64,000 nucleotides of DNA from an uncultured Rikenellaceae bacterium. Its GTDB lineage: Bacteria > Bacteroidota > Bacteroidia > Bacteroidales > VadinHA17. The notes below the pieces were generated by a model. The model made no database searches. It had not been told where the DNA came from and saw only the letters and a list, made by a program, of their open reading frames with translations. Position 1 is the stretch's first letter; every line of letters begins with the position of its first letter. The stretch is from positions 8,661 through 72,660 of the forward strand of contig CAZNYS010000004.1 of the NCBI GenBank assembly GCA_964577305.1, written 5' to 3'. This document shows positions 1-10,619 of the stretch, one piece after another. Both the position numbers and the translations under genes were made by a program.

Positions 1-142
1 TGCAATCAAAGCGCTGAAGCTCCGGAACCTGTTGCTCAATATGCTTAAAGTTGAACGGGACAAGCACTCCTGAAGAAGGATCATGTACCATTCCTATAGT
101 GCCTCCTGTGTATAAGATAAGTATTGAGGATATGTCTTTCAA
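1..142 (-). CDS. ansA: L-asparaginase type I (N-terminal part; runs off left edge)
   Basis: Manual translation from TTG at 142: LKDISSILILYTGGTIGMVHDPSSGVLVPFNFKHIEQQVPELQRFDC. Contains the YTGGTIGM catalytic-Thr motif and lies in frame directly after the tatD stop. Not in the ORF track. Confidence 0.85.
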   Translation of the reverse strand, partial: MKDISSILILYTGGTIGMVHDPSSGVLVPFNFKHIEQQVPELQRFDC

Positions 143-151
143 AACAATACT

Positions 152-922
152 TTAGTCCAAATTAAACAAATTAATACAATTTGATGTGGTTATCCTGGCA
201 ATTTCTTCAACAGGCAGATTTTTTATTTCACCCAGTTTTTCTGCTATAAACCTGATATAGGAGCTTTCGTTGCGTTTACCCCTTTTTGGTACAGGAGCCA
301 GGTAAGGAGAATCAGTTTCAAGTATTATTTTTTCCAGGTCGATTGATTCAAGTGTTTTATCAAGATCTGAATTTTTGAATGTAAGTATACCTCCTATTCC
401 TATGAGAAAACCCCGGCTGATGATTTCGTGTGCCTGTTCAATGCTGCCTGTAAAAGCATGAAATACTCCGCGAAGATCATGTAAACCTGTAGCATCCAGC
501 AAGGTGAGAATTTTTTCCAGGCTTTCACGCGAATGTATAACAACAGGCAGGTTCTCTCTTCCGGCAATTTTCACCTGTTCTTTGAATGCATCTTCCTGTT
601 CCCTGAGGTATGTTTTGTCCCAGTAAAGATCAATGCCTATTTCGCCTATTGCTATGAATTTATGCTTACCGAGATTGTTATTAACTGCTTCAAGCTGTTC
701 TTTATAGTCATCCCTTATACTGGTAGGGTGTATTCCTATCATGGGATAGCATATTCCCGGGTAATTACTCACCATTCTCAGCAATGGACCAACAGAGTCT
801 TTGTTAATATTTGGCAGGAGCATTTTTGTAACATTACAATTAAGGGCCCTGCTTATGATCTCATCCCTGTCATCATCAAACTCAGGTAAATAAAGGTGCG
901 TATGACTATCGATAAGTTGCAT
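152..922 (-). CDS. tatD: TatD family deoxyribonuclease/hydrolase
   Basis: DSHTHL, GEIGID, HSRES, HAF and LETDSPYLAP motifs; 256 aa. Confidence 0.93.
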   Translation of the reverse strand: MQLIDSHTHLYLPEFDDDRDEIISRALNCNVTKMLLPNINKDSVGPLLRMVSNYPGICYPMIGIHPTSIRDDYKEQLEAVNNNLGKHKFIAIGEIGIDLYWDKTYLREQEDAFKEQVKIAGRENLPVVIHSRESLEKILTLLDATGLHDLRGVFHAFTGSIEQAHEIISRGFLIGIGGILTFKNSDLDKTLESIDLEKIILETDSPYLAPVPKRGKRNESSYIRFIAEKLGEIKNLPVEEIARITTSNCINLFNLD

Positions 923-945
923 CTTGTTTTAATGACATGAGGCTG

Positions 946-953
946 CAAACATA
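946..953 (-). promoter_or_regulatory. Bacteroidota -7 promoter box (TATGTTTG) for tatD-ansA
   Basis: Matches TAnnTTTG about 25 bp upstream of the tatD start. Confidence 0.55.
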
Positions 954-960
954 GAAAACA

Positions 961-993
961 AAAAAAAAGGAGACAAGTTAATGCCCCTTTTTT
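961..993 (-). terminator. Probable intrinsic terminator after gdhA
   Basis: Weak GGGGCA/TGTCTC stem with G-U pairs followed by a T8 run on the minus strand. Confidence 0.4.
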
Positions 994-1021
994 ATCTATA
1001 GGTATAAAAACAGTATACTGC

Positions 1022-2362
1022 TTAGACTACTCCTTGAGCAAGCATAGAGTCTGCCACCTTAATGAACCCTCCGATATTTGCTCCTTGTACATAATTAATA
1101 TAACCGTCCTCTTGTGTTCCGTATTTAACACAGGTATCATGGATATTCTTCATGATCATCTGGAGCCTGTCATCAACTTCTTTACGTGTCCATGAAAGGC
1201 GCATTGAGTTCTGAGTCATTTCAAGGCCTGAGACTGCTACACCACCTGCATTAGCTGCTTTCCCGGGGCCATAGAGTATGCCGGCCTCCAGGTAGGCATT
1301 AATAGCTTCCGGGGCGGAAGGCATATTAGCTCCCTCTGAAACACAGTAGCAACCATTCTTAATGAGTGTTTTTGCCTGTTCTTCATTAATCTCATTTTCG
1401 GTCGCATTAGGCATTGCAACATCGCATTTAACACCCCAGGGCCTTTTACCCTCGAAATATTCAACGCCATATTTTTCGGCGTATTCCTTTATCCTGCCGC
1501 GTTTGACGTTCTTCAGTTCCATCACGTATGCCAGTTTTTCTTTATCTATGCCTGCCGGGTCGTAGATATAGCCTGATGAATCGGAAAGTGTTACTACCTT
1601 ACCTCCCATTTCGGTAACTTTTTCACATGCATACTGTGCTACATTACCTGAACCTGATATTGCCACCACTTTCCCTTTGAGTGTATCGCCTCTCGTTTCA
1701 AGCATATTCTGGGCAAAATAGGTTGCACCATATCCGGTTGCCTCAGGACGTATAACTGAGCCACCCCAGTTTATGCCTTTCCCTGTGAGGACACCGGTGA
1801 ACTCATTCCTGAGCCTTTTATACTGTCCGAACAGGTAACCTATTTCGCGTCCGCCAACACCGATATCACCTGCCGGCACGTCGGTGTTAGGACCAATATG
1901 GCGTGATAATTCTGTCATGAAACTCTGGCAGAACCTCATTACTTCGTTATCAGACTTACCCTTGGGATCAAAATCTGATCCTCCTTTGCCTCCTCCCATA
2001 GGGAGCGTTGTCAGACTGTTTTTTAATACCTGCTCAAAAGCAAGAAACTTCAATATTCCCAGGTTAACAGTAGGGTGGAACCTTAAACCCCCTTTATAGG
2101 GGCCAATGGCACTATTCATTTCGATACGGTATCCTTTGTTAATCTGGATTTCTCCTTTGTCATCAAGCCATGGTACCCTGAAAAGAATAACCCTTTCGGG
2201 CTCTGCAATTCTTTCAAGGATCTTGGCATGTTTATACTTGGGATTTTCTTCAATGAAAGGGATTAGTGATTCAGCAACTTCCTGTACGGCCTGGTGAAAT
2301 TCGTTTTCACCCGGGTTCTTAGCCTTGATAGCTGCCATAAATTTTTCAACTCTTGGGTCCAT
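1022..2362 (-). CDS. gdhA: NADP-type glutamate dehydrogenase
   Basis: GPYKGGLRFHP, GGGKGGSDF, DVPAGDIG, SGSGNVAQY...SDSSG and PGKAANAGGV motifs. Confidence 0.95.
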   Translation of the reverse strand: MDPRVEKFMAAIKAKNPGENEFHQAVQEVAESLIPFIEENPKYKHAKILERIAEPERVILFRVPWLDDKGEIQINKGYRIEMNSAIGPYKGGLRFHPTVNLGILKFLAFEQVLKNSLTTLPMGGGKGGSDFDPKGKSDNEVMRFCQSFMTELSRHIGPNTDVPAGDIGVGGREIGYLFGQYKRLRNEFTGVLTGKGINWGGSVIRPEATGYGATYFAQNMLETRGDTLKGKVVAISGSGNVAQYACEKVTEMGGKVVTLSDSSGYIYDPAGIDKEKLAYVMELKNVKRGRIKEYAEKYGVEYFEGKRPWGVKCDVAMPNATENEINEEQAKTLIKNGCYCVSEGANMPSAPEAINAYLEAGILYGPGKAANAGGVAVSGLEMTQNSMRLSWTRKEVDDRLQMIMKNIHDTCVKYGTQEDGYINYVQGANIGGFIKVADSMLAQGVV

Positions 2363-2583
2363 AGTCTTTATTTTTATTAATGTTTTTTAGATTTAAGAGA
2401 AGCTAAAAATAGAAATTTCATTTTTAAAAGAACCTACAGTATAAACCTTCTTTGTAAATATTCAGAAATAAAATACAGGATGAAATGTCAATATATAGAT
2501 AATCAAAACTATAATACATTCATATGTGTTATAAAACATGCACGGTAACATGACTTTTGTCATGATTCATTCGTGAAAGCAAA

Positions 2584-3720
2584 TCAGATTTTCCTACGAT
2601 AAATATTTCCCGGGATACTTGTTATATGACCTGAAAATTCAAGTTTTAAAAGGGCTGATGATAGCTGATGCAATGGTTTGCCGAGAGAACTGCTTATCTG
2701 ATCTGATGCTAATTCTTCATTTTCATTGAATAATGCAAATATTTTTTCTTCAAGGGGGCTCAGGTTCTCAGGGAACAATTTCTTTTGTTTGTTTTCGGAT
2801 TTGGATCTCAACCAGTTAAGGTTATAAATTACATCATCGGCTGATTCGATAAGAGCTGCCCTGTTAGATTTGATAAGAAGATTACATCCTTCAGATAAGC
2901 GGTCACCCGGACTGCCGGGAACTGCCATCACTTCCCTGTTATACGACATGGCAATATCGGCAGTAACCATAGCCCCTCCCTTTCTTCCTGATTCAATAAC
3001 CAGGGTGGCATCAGATATACCTGCTATGATCCTGTTTCGCTTGAGAAAGTTATTTCTTTCAGGAGCTTCAAACGAAGGGAAATCTGTAATAAGTGCTCCC
3101 TGTGATATTATTTGCTTTGCTATGGATAAATGGGCTGAAGGATATAGTGTTTTAAAACCATGACCCAGAATTGCCAGTGTTTTGAGGTTTTCTTTCAACG
3201 CAGCTTTATGTGCAGTAATGTCAACACCGTAAGCAAGCCCGCTGGTGATTATCAGCTCAGGGTATTCATTGGCAAGGTTATTAATAATAGTCTTACATAT
3301 ATCTTTACCTTTTCGTGTAATATTCCTTGTACCCACAACACTGATAATCTTTTTATCATTAAGGTTTGCATTACCCTTGAAATATATGAGCAATGGTGAG
3401 TCAGGGCATTCTTTCAGCCTTTCCGGGTATTCGTTTTCATCATAACATGTAACGCCTATATCGTGTTTACGAATATAATCCAGCTCCTCGGCTGCTTTAT
3501 CCATAAATTCCCGGGAGCAAAGGTGGGATGCAATGGTTTTACCTATGCCGGGAATACGTATCAGGTTACGATATGATTCATTAAAAACAGCTTCAGCAGA
3601 GCCCAGGTGTTTGATAAGTTTTCTGGCATTTATATCACCAACGGCAGGTACCATGCCAAGGGCAATAGTACAGATCAGTTCTTTATCTGTTTTCATTTTC
3701 AGCATGAGACATTTTACCAA
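2584..3720 (-). CDS. dprA: DNA-processing protein DprA (true start probably ATG 3705 or 3696)
   Basis: VVGTR, SGLAYGVD, RNRIIAG, ESGRKGGAMVTA and GCNLLI motifs plus C-terminal winged helix. The TTG at 3720 overlaps a TATCTTTG -7 box (3718-3725). Confidence 0.93.
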   Translation of the reverse strand: MVKCLMLKMKTDKELICTIALGMVPAVGDINARKLIKHLGSAEAVFNESYRNLIRIPGIGKTIASHLCSREFMDKAAEELDYIRKHDIGVTCYDENEYPERLKECPDSPLLIYFKGNANLNDKKIISVVGTRNITRKGKDICKTIINNLANEYPELIITSGLAYGVDITAHKAALKENLKTLAILGHGFKTLYPSAHLSIAKQIISQGALITDFPSFEAPERNNFLKRNRIIAGISDATLVIESGRKGGAMVTADIAMSYNREVMAVPGSPGDRLSEGCNLLIKSNRAALIESADDVIYNLNWLRSKSENKQKKLFPENLSPLEEKIFALFNENEELASDQISSSLGKPLHQLSSALLKLEFSGHITSIPGNIYRRKI

Positions 3721-3777
3721 AGATAATAAATAGGTGTGAATTTGAATATGCTGAAATGCATAAAAACAAGATAGAAG

Positions 3778-3806
3778 AAAGGCTGCTCATAAGTTGAACA
3801 GCCTTT
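3778..3806 (-). terminator. Intrinsic terminator after second gdh
   Basis: 12-bp stem AAAGGCTGTTCA/TGAGCAGCCTTT (one G-U) followed by TCTTCT. Confidence 0.7.
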
Positions 3807-3828
3807 ACATAATACTATGGGGGTGTAT

Positions 3829-5166
3829 TTAATAAATACCGTAGTCCAGCATAGAATTGGCTACTTTCAGGAAGCCAGCAATATTTGCTCCCTTAACATA
3901 ATCCACATATCCGCTTTCAGTAGTTCCATATCTCACACATGCCTCATGGATATTGATCATTATTTCATGCAGCCTGTCGTCAACCTCAATACGTCTCCAA
4001 TGAAGTTTCATTGAGTTTTGCGACATTTCAAGTCCTGATGTGGCCACACCACCTGCATTGGCAGCCTTGCCCGGCGCAAATAGGAGTTTATTTTTCTGTA
4101 TTATTTCAATCGCTTCAGGCGTACAGGGCATATTGGCTCCTTCACATACACAAATGCATCCGTTGTTGACAAGATTCTGTGCGTCTTCGGCATTCAGTTC
4201 GTTCTGGGTAGCACATGGGAGTGCAATATCCACTTTAACTTCCCAGGGATGTTTACCTTCGTGGAACTGTGCTGACGGAAATTCATATGAATATGGTTTA
4301 ACAATATCTTCATTTGAGGCTCTCAGTTCCAGCATATAATCTATCTTATCACCGGATACTCCGTCGGGATCATAAACATAACCATCAGGTCCTGAAAGTG
4401 TTACAACTTTGCCGCCCAGCTCGATGACTTTCTGGACTGCGCCCCATGCTACATTTCCAAAACCTGATACAGCCACTGTTTTGCCTTTGAATGTTTCACC
4501 TATGGGAGCAAGCATTTCCTTAGCAAAGTATACACATCCAAAACCTGTGGCTTCAGGTCGTATAAGTGAGCCACCCCAGTTTATACCTTTTCCTGTGAGC
4601 ACACCTGAATGTTCACGTTTCAATTTTTTGTACATACCAAAAAGAAACCCTATCTCACGGCCACCCACTCCGATATCACCGGCGGGGACATCCATTTCAG
4701 GGCCAATATAGTTCCATAGTTCAAGCATGAATGAATGACAGAACTTCATAATCTCAGCATCCGATTTACCTTTTGGATTAAAATCAGAGCCACCTTTACC
4801 ACCACCCATGGGGAGTGATGTGAGTGAGTTCTTGAAGATTTGTTCAAAGCCAAGGAACTTCAGAATACTGAGGTTTACACTGGGGTGGAAACGTAAGCCA
4901 CCCTTGTATGCACCTATGGCATTGTTGAACTGTATACGGTACCCGAGGTTTACCTGTACCTTACCTTCGTCATCCATCCATGGTACTTTAAATGTGATGA
5001 TCCTGTCCGGCTCTATAAGCCTTTCAATGATATTGGCAGATTCGAAATGTGGATTATCATTATAGACTTCCTCAATTGATTCAAGTACTTCCCTGACTGC
5101 CTGAAGGTATTCAACCTCGCCGGGGTGTTTCTTCTCGAGGTTGTTAAGAACAATATCTACATTCAT
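3829..5166 (-). CDS. gdhB: Glutamate dehydrogenase, NAD-type signature
   Basis: GDH core motifs with SGFGNVAWGA...TLSGPDG, as in NAD-specific clostridial and Bacteroides GdhB enzymes. Confidence 0.88.
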   Translation of the reverse strand: MNVDIVLNNLEKKHPGEVEYLQAVREVLESIEEVYNDNPHFESANIIERLIEPDRIITFKVPWMDDEGKVQVNLGYRIQFNNAIGAYKGGLRFHPSVNLSILKFLGFEQIFKNSLTSLPMGGGKGGSDFNPKGKSDAEIMKFCHSFMLELWNYIGPEMDVPAGDIGVGGREIGFLFGMYKKLKREHSGVLTGKGINWGGSLIRPEATGFGCVYFAKEMLAPIGETFKGKTVAVSGFGNVAWGAVQKVIELGGKVVTLSGPDGYVYDPDGVSGDKIDYMLELRASNEDIVKPYSYEFPSAQFHEGKHPWEVKVDIALPCATQNELNAEDAQNLVNNGCICVCEGANMPCTPEAIEIIQKNKLLFAPGKAANAGGVATSGLEMSQNSMKLHWRRIEVDDRLHEIMINIHEACVRYGTTESGYVDYVKGANIAGFLKVANSMLDYGIY

Positions 5167-5267
5167 TATTAGAAAATTTTGATGATTTTATAAAGGATTC
5201 ATTAATGGTTCAAATATGATATTAGCAAAAATGTTAAAAAATGATTAAACTCATAAGTCAGAACTGA

Positions 5268-5750
5268 TTAATGCTGTTTTATATATTTGTCAAGTGACCC
5301 TGCTATTTTATTAAGTTCTGATTTTGATAACGAGGAGATATAAACAGGAGAATAGCTTGCTTTTTTATTTCCCATCAGGCGATATAGTTGTATCGATTTT
5401 ATCAGGACCGGGAAGGGTTTTGTTATTTTATAGCCAAGAAACTCATTTTTTGGAATTTCTACCGAATTCTTTTTCCCGCTTAAAAGGCCTACAGAGTAGT
5501 ATCTGAAGATAATATTCTTACCATCATCTGAGAAGTAGATGTATTTGTATTTCAGTAGAAGAGGCAGGAAAGCCAGTATAATGTATGCAGCTGTAAGGAT
5601 AAGCGTGGCATAGAATTCCTGGATGCCAAATACAGGAAAATGCAGCTGCTTCCCGAAATACACGACATATACATATACAAGCATGATCAGTGTGGCTATG
5701 AATAACCTGATTCTTAAGCCTATAATAGTCTTGCTATTATCAAATGTCAT
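5268..5750 (-). CDS. Hypothetical membrane protein (two N-terminal TM segments plus soluble domain)
   Basis: 160-aa ORF with two hydrophobic stretches, filling the gap between gdhB and tadA. Confidence 0.65.
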   Translation of the reverse strand: MTFDNSKTIIGLRIRLFIATLIMLVYVYVVYFGKQLHFPVFGIQEFYATLILTAAYIILAFLPLLLKYKYIYFSDDGKNIIFRYYSVGLLSGKKNSVEIPKNEFLGYKITKPFPVLIKSIQLYRLMGNKKASYSPVYISSLSKSELNKIAGSLDKYIKQH

Positions 5751-5793
5751 CCGGGAAAATATTTTTACAAACCTAAATTATTTTTTAAAGATA

Positions 5794-6264
5794 TCAATTA
5801 ATTTCGTCAGACAAATCCTGTCTTTTCATTTTAAAAAAATCCTGTAATATATTTCGGCACTCTCTTTCCATAACACCTTGTAGTACACTGGTTTTATTAT
5901 GCAACACACTGTCTTTATTAAGAGAATAGCCTTTCTTTTCGTCAGAGGTTCCGTATATCAGTCTCCCTATCCGGCTCCAGAATAATGCCCCGGCACACAT
6001 AGTACATGGTTCAAGGGTAACATAAAGGCTGCATTTATCAAGGTATTTACCTCCAAGGTATGTGTTTGCAGCAGTTATTGCCTGCATTTCGGCATGGGCC
6101 GTGGGATCATTGAGTGTTTCAGTAAGGTTATGTGCCCTGGCTATAATCCTGTTATTGCATACCACTACGGCACCAACCGGCACCTCTCCTTTATCCCTTG
6201 CTGTTTCGGCCTCAGTTAATGCGGCCTTCATAAAGGTTTCATCCGAAAATTCTATTGTCATCAT
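5794..6264 (-). CDS. tadA: tRNA adenosine deaminase / nucleoside deaminase
   Basis: EVPVGAV, HAEMQAI and PCTMC zinc-deaminase motifs. Confidence 0.88.
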   Translation of the reverse strand: MMTIEFSDETFMKAALTEAETARDKGEVPVGAVVVCNNRIIARAHNLTETLNDPTAHAEMQAITAANTYLGGKYLDKCSLYVTLEPCTMCAGALFWSRIGRLIYGTSDEKKGYSLNKDSVLHNKTSVLQGVMERECRNILQDFFKMKRQDLSDEIN

Positions 6265-6352
6265 TATTATGAGAGATGTTTGTGTAAATGTAATAAAAAC
6301 AGAAATATATCTCAGATGACTGTAATTCGTTTCAGTGTAATGATGTTTTGGT

Positions 6353-6360
6353 TATTTTTG
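6353..6360 (+). promoter_or_regulatory. -7 promoter box (TATTTTTG) for aspS
   Basis: TAnnTTTG 23 bp upstream of ATG 6383. Confidence 0.5.
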
Positions 6361-6382
6361 TTTCAAATTTATCAGGCTCATT

Positions 6383-8152
6383 ATGTACAGAACACACAAT
6401 TGCGGAGAACTGACTTTATCCAACCAGGGTGAAAAGGTTGTATTAAGTGGCTGGGTCCATAAATCACGCGACCTGGGCGGAATGACGTTTATTGACCTGC
6501 GTGACAGGTATGGCAAAACCCAGCTGGTCTTCAATATGGAAATAAAACCTCAGTTATGCGCTGAAGCGAGAAAGCTGGGGAGAGAATATGTCATCCGTGC
6601 TGAAGGTATAGTTGAAGAAAGAAGCAATAAGAATCCAAAGATGCCTACCGGTGATATTGAAATAATTGTAGAAAGCCTTGATGTACTTAATACCAGTGAT
6701 CTGCCTCCCTTCACCATAGAAAATGATACCGATGGGGGTGATGAATTAAGGATGAAATACAGGTATCTTGATCTCAGACGCGAACCTGTTAAACAGAATA
6801 TAATTCACCGGCACAGGGTTGCCCAGGAGGTTAGAAAATACCTGGATGCACAGGGCTTTATTGAAATAGAGACTCCTGTGCTTATTAAATCAACACCCGA
6901 GGGGGCACGTGACTTTGTAGTTCCCTCAAGGGTGCATCCGGGATGCTTTTATGCACTGCCTCAATCACCCCAGACCTTTAAACAACTGTTAATGATATCA
7001 GGGTTCGATAAGTATTTTCAAATTGTCAGGTGCTTCCGGGATGAGGATCTCCGTGCTGACCGGCAGCCAGAGTTTACCCAGATAGATTGTGAGATGTCTT
7101 TTGTTGAACAGGATGATGTCCTGAATGCTTTTGAAGGACTGGCTGTTCATCTGTTCAAAGCAGTAAAGAATATTGATGTGAAGGAGAAATTTATTCGTAT
7201 GACATACGAACAGGCTTTCTCAGAATATGGGACAGATAAACCTGATCTTAGATTCGGGATGAAAATCACGGAAATACGTGATACAGCCAAAGGAAAGGGA
7301 TTCAATGTATTTGATAAATCAGAATATATTGGAGGTATAGTTGCTAAAGGTTGTTCTGATTATTCACGGAAGGAGCTTGATAAGCTTACTGATTTTGTGA
7401 GAAAGCCTCAGATTGGTGCCCAAGGACTGGTATACGTAAAATATAATAAAGATGGCTCATTCAAATCATCTGTTGACAAATTTTTTAGTCCTGATGATCT
7501 GAAGCAATGGACTGAAATCATGACCGCCCGACCGGGCGACCTGCTTCTTATACTTGCCGGTGAACGGATGGATACCCTTAGAGCACTGTCTGAACTTCGT
7601 CTGGAAATGGGCAACAGTCTGGGCTTGAGAGATACTGAGCAGTTCAAAGCTTTATGGGTTGTGGATTTTCCCTTGCTGGAATGGGATGACGAGACAAACA
7701 GGTATTATGCAATGCACCACCCTTTTACATCACCAAAACCTGAAGACCTTCATATGCTTGAATCAGATCCAGGCAAAGTGCGGGCAAATTCTTATGACCT
7801 GGTGATCAATGGTGTTGAAATTGGTGGAGGTTCGATAAGAATACATGATGCTGAAATACAAAAGAGAATGTTCAGAGTGCTGGGATTTACAGATGAGGAG
7901 GCCCATTCACAGTTTGGTTTCCTGATGGATGCTTTCAGATATGGTGCACCACCACATGGAGGTATTGCTTTCGGTTTCGACCGTTGGGTAGCTCTTTTCA
8001 CTGGTTCTGAAACAATAAGGGATTTTATTGCTTTCCCGAAAAATAACGCGGGAAGGGATGTAATGATAGATTCACCTTCTGCAATTTCAAAGGGGCAGTT
8101 GGATGAATTGCACCTTGCAATAAAAAAAGTTCCCGGGACAGATAATATTTGA
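6383..8152 (+). CDS. aspS: Aspartate--tRNA ligase, bacterial type with GAD insert
   Basis: [46 protein letters not shown] and [12 protein letters not shown] motifs. Confidence 0.97.
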   Translation: MYRTHNCGELTLSNQGEKVVLSGWVHKSRDLGGMTFIDLRDRYGKTQLVFNMEIKPQLCAEARKLGREYVIRAEGIVEERSNKNPKMPTGDIEIIVESLDVLNTSDLPPFTIENDTDGGDELRMKYRYLDLRREPVKQNIIHRHRVAQEVRKYLDAQGFIEIETPVLIKSTPEGARDFVVPSRVHPGCFYALPQSPQTFKQLLMISGFDKYFQIVRCFRDEDLRADRQPEFTQIDCEMSFVEQDDVLNAFEGLAVHLFKAVKNIDVKEKFIRMTYEQAFSEYGTDKPDLRFGMKITEIRDTAKGKGFNVFDKSEYIGGIVAKGCSDYSRKELDKLTDFVRKPQIGAQGLVYVKYNKDGSFKSSVDKFFSPDDLKQWTEIMTARPGDLLLILAGERMDTLRALSELRLEMGNSLGLRDTEQFKALWVVDFPLLEWDDETNRYYAMHHPFTSPKPEDLHMLESDPGKVRANSYDLVINGVEIGGGSIRIHDAEIQKRMFRVLGFTDEEAHSQFGFLMDAFRYGAPPHGGIAFGFDRWVALFTGSETIRDFIAFPKNNAGRDVMIDSPSAISKGQLDELHLAIKKVPGTDNI

Positions 8153-8280
8153 TTTATTGATCCTGAAGCTGCATGTGGATGACACCATGCCTACATGTAT
8201 TAACATTATTGTTCATCACAATTAAAATATTATTACTAAATTTGATTTGATTGAAATAATATAAAATAATACTTGTAACC

Positions 8281-9195
8281 ATGAACGACTTCTTATCAAG
8301 AAAAAACAAAGCTAAACTGGCAATTATTCCAGTTGCCATTCTATTAATGTGCTTAATACCACCTTCCATTTATGCACAGACTGATATACAGGTCTCGAAG
8401 GAATATATGATTAAGCTAAAAGACGGGGGATCGATCACCGGCAAGATTGTGTCAGAGAATAGTCAGCAGATCGTTGTGGAAACTACATCCATGGGGCGGG
8501 TAACTATACAGAGGTCTAATATCGAGCAGATGACCTTGCTTACGGAGAGTGATGCGGGCAAGGGCTGGTTTCCCAATCCCAATCCGGGCAAATACCTGAT
8601 TGGAAGCTCGGCAATAGCGCCTGATAAGGGTTCGGCTTATTATCAGAACACATGGCTCTTCTTTAATTCCTTCAGTTATGCATTCACAGATTACTTAAGC
8701 CTTTCAGGCGGTTTTGAGATATTCTCCATTTTTGCAGGAGGAGATGGCCCTTATGCCTTTTATCTCAATCCAAAAGCATCGTTCAAAGTTGCTGACAACC
8801 TGTATGCTGGGGGGAATATCCTGTACGCAAACACAATTAAAACAATCGATGATTTCGGAGGACTCGGTACACTGAATGCATTTGCAACATACGGTAATGA
8901 TAATAATAACCTGACGGCCGGCCTGGGCTGGGGATTCTTTGAAAAGGAGTTCAGCAGTAAGCCGGTAATCTCCATTTCAGGGATGGTAAGGGCCTCCAGG
9001 CGCATAGGGTTTGTAAGCGAGAACTGGCTGATACCTGAAGTTGGGGAAGACGGTTCGTATTACGGTATATTTTCATATGGTATAAGATTCCTTGGAGATA
9101 ATATATCTGTTGATCTGGCATTCATAAATAATCCTGATATTGCGAAAGCACTGTTTATCGGTGTTCCCTTCCTTGATTTCGTATTCAATTTTTAG
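8281..9195 (+). CDS. Putative outer-membrane beta-barrel protein with small N-terminal domain
   Basis: Signal peptide ending YAQ, LKDGGSITGKIV small beta domain, alternating aromatic strands, C-terminal Phe. TAAATTTG box at 8237. Confidence 0.6.
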   Translation: MNDFLSRKNKAKLAIIPVAILLMCLIPPSIYAQTDIQVSKEYMIKLKDGGSITGKIVSENSQQIVVETTSMGRVTIQRSNIEQMTLLTESDAGKGWFPNPNPGKYLIGSSAIAPDKGSAYYQNTWLFFNSFSYAFTDYLSLSGGFEIFSIFAGGDGPYAFYLNPKASFKVADNLYAGGNILYANTIKTIDDFGGLGTLNAFATYGNDNNNLTAGLGWGFFEKEFSSKPVISISGMVRASRRIGFVSENWLIPEVGEDGSYYGIFSYGIRFLGDNISVDLAFINNPDIAKALFIGVPFLDFVFNF

Positions 9196-9236
9196 AATAC
9201 AGAAAGGAGAAGCTCGATCAGGCAATTACATATTTT

Positions 9237-10562
9237 TTAATCCACAGGTGTGCCTATAAGTGTTGCCGCGGTACAATCAATTATCTTGATCTTTACATAA
9301 TCCCCGGATTTGTATTTACCCCGGGGGAACACCACCACCTTATTCTGGGAAGTCCTGCCGGAAAGGTCATCAGGTGATTTTTTTGAAAAGCCTTCCACCA
9401 GCACATCGTATACATTACCAATATCCTTTTTCTTGCTCTCCAGTGATAATTTGTTTTGAAGTTCAATTATTTCATTCAACCGCCTTGTCTTAACTTTATC
9501 CGGAACATCATCAGGGTATTTTCTTGCAGCTTTTGTATCAGGTCTTTCATTATATTTAAACATATACGCAAAATCATATTCAGCCCATTTCATAAGGCCC
9601 AGGCTGGCTTCATGATCTTCCTCTGTTTCTGTACAGAAGCCAGCTATCATATCGGATGAAACAGAACACACGGGGAGGATGTTTCTTATAGCTTTTATCC
9701 TTTCCATGTACCATTCCCTGTCATATTTCCGGTTCATTAATTCCAGGATTCGGCTGCTGCCGCTCTGGGCAGGGAGGTGTATATGTTTGCAGATATTATC
9801 GTAACGTGACATAACCCTCAGCACATCATCCGACATATCTTTTGGATGTGATGTAGAAAAACGGACTCGCAGCAGGGGGTTAACCCTTGCTGTTAATTCC
9901 AGCAGTTCAGCGAAGCCTGTCTTAATTTCATTATCTGCCCATGAATATGAATCAACGTTTTGACCCAGCAGGGTAACTTCCCTGTAACCGTTATCGAATA
10001 GTTCCCTTACTTCATTTAAAATGGTTTCAGGGTCACGGCTGCGCTCTGCTCCCCTGACATAGGGTACCACGCAATAGGCACACATATTATTGCATCCCCT
10101 CATTATTGATACAAATGAGGATACCCCATTCCTGTCCAGTCTAATCGGTGAGATATCTGCATAGGTTTCTTCCCGGGAAAGAAGAACGTTAACTGCCTCA
10201 TGCCCCTGGGATGCTTCGCTGATTAATCTTGGCAGGTCCCTGTAGGCATCGGGCCCGACAACTATATCCACCATTTTATCGGTAACAAGGAGTTGTTCCT
10301 TCAGTCTTTCCGCCATGCATCCGATCACACCCACAAGCGTTCCCGGGTTTTTCCTTTTATGATGTTTGAACACGTCAAGCCGGCCCCATACCCTCTGTTC
10401 TGCATTATCTCGTACAGAGCATGTATTTACCAGTATCAGGTCGGCATCATCCATCCTGTCGGTTATCAAAACCCCATCATCCTTAAGTATGGATACCACT
10501 ACCTCACTGTCAGCAACATTCATCTGACATCCATATGTTTCTATGTATAATTTGCGGGGCAT
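9237..10562 (-). CDS. miaB: tRNA-2-methylthio-N6-dimethylallyladenosine synthase
   Basis: [22 protein letters not shown] radical-SAM motif and C-terminal TRAM domain. TATTTTTG box at 10603-10610. Confidence 0.96.
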   Translation of the reverse strand: MPRKLYIETYGCQMNVADSEVVVSILKDDGVLITDRMDDADLILVNTCSVRDNAEQRVWGRLDVFKHHKRKNPGTLVGVIGCMAERLKEQLLVTDKMVDIVVGPDAYRDLPRLISEASQGHEAVNVLLSREETYADISPIRLDRNGVSSFVSIMRGCNNMCAYCVVPYVRGAERSRDPETILNEVRELFDNGYREVTLLGQNVDSYSWADNEIKTGFAELLELTARVNPLLRVRFSTSHPKDMSDDVLRVMSRYDNICKHIHLPAQSGSSRILELMNRKYDREWYMERIKAIRNILPVCSVSSDMIAGFCTETEEDHEASLGLMKWAEYDFAYMFKYNERPDTKAARKYPDDVPDKVKTRRLNEIIELQNKLSLESKKKDIGNVYDVLVEGFSKKSPDDLSGRTSQNKVVVFPRGKYKSGDYVKIKIIDCTAATLIGTPVD

Positions 10563-10619
10563 TTGTTATAAAACCTCTTATACAATGATTTTGTTCAGGC
10601 TGCAAAAATACAAAACGTA

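Noticed and set aside
2549-2564. CATGAC-TTTT-GTCATG palindrome upstream of gdhA as a nitrogen-regulator site
   Set aside because: No similar motif upstream of glnA or gdhB; it could equally be a weak dprA terminator.
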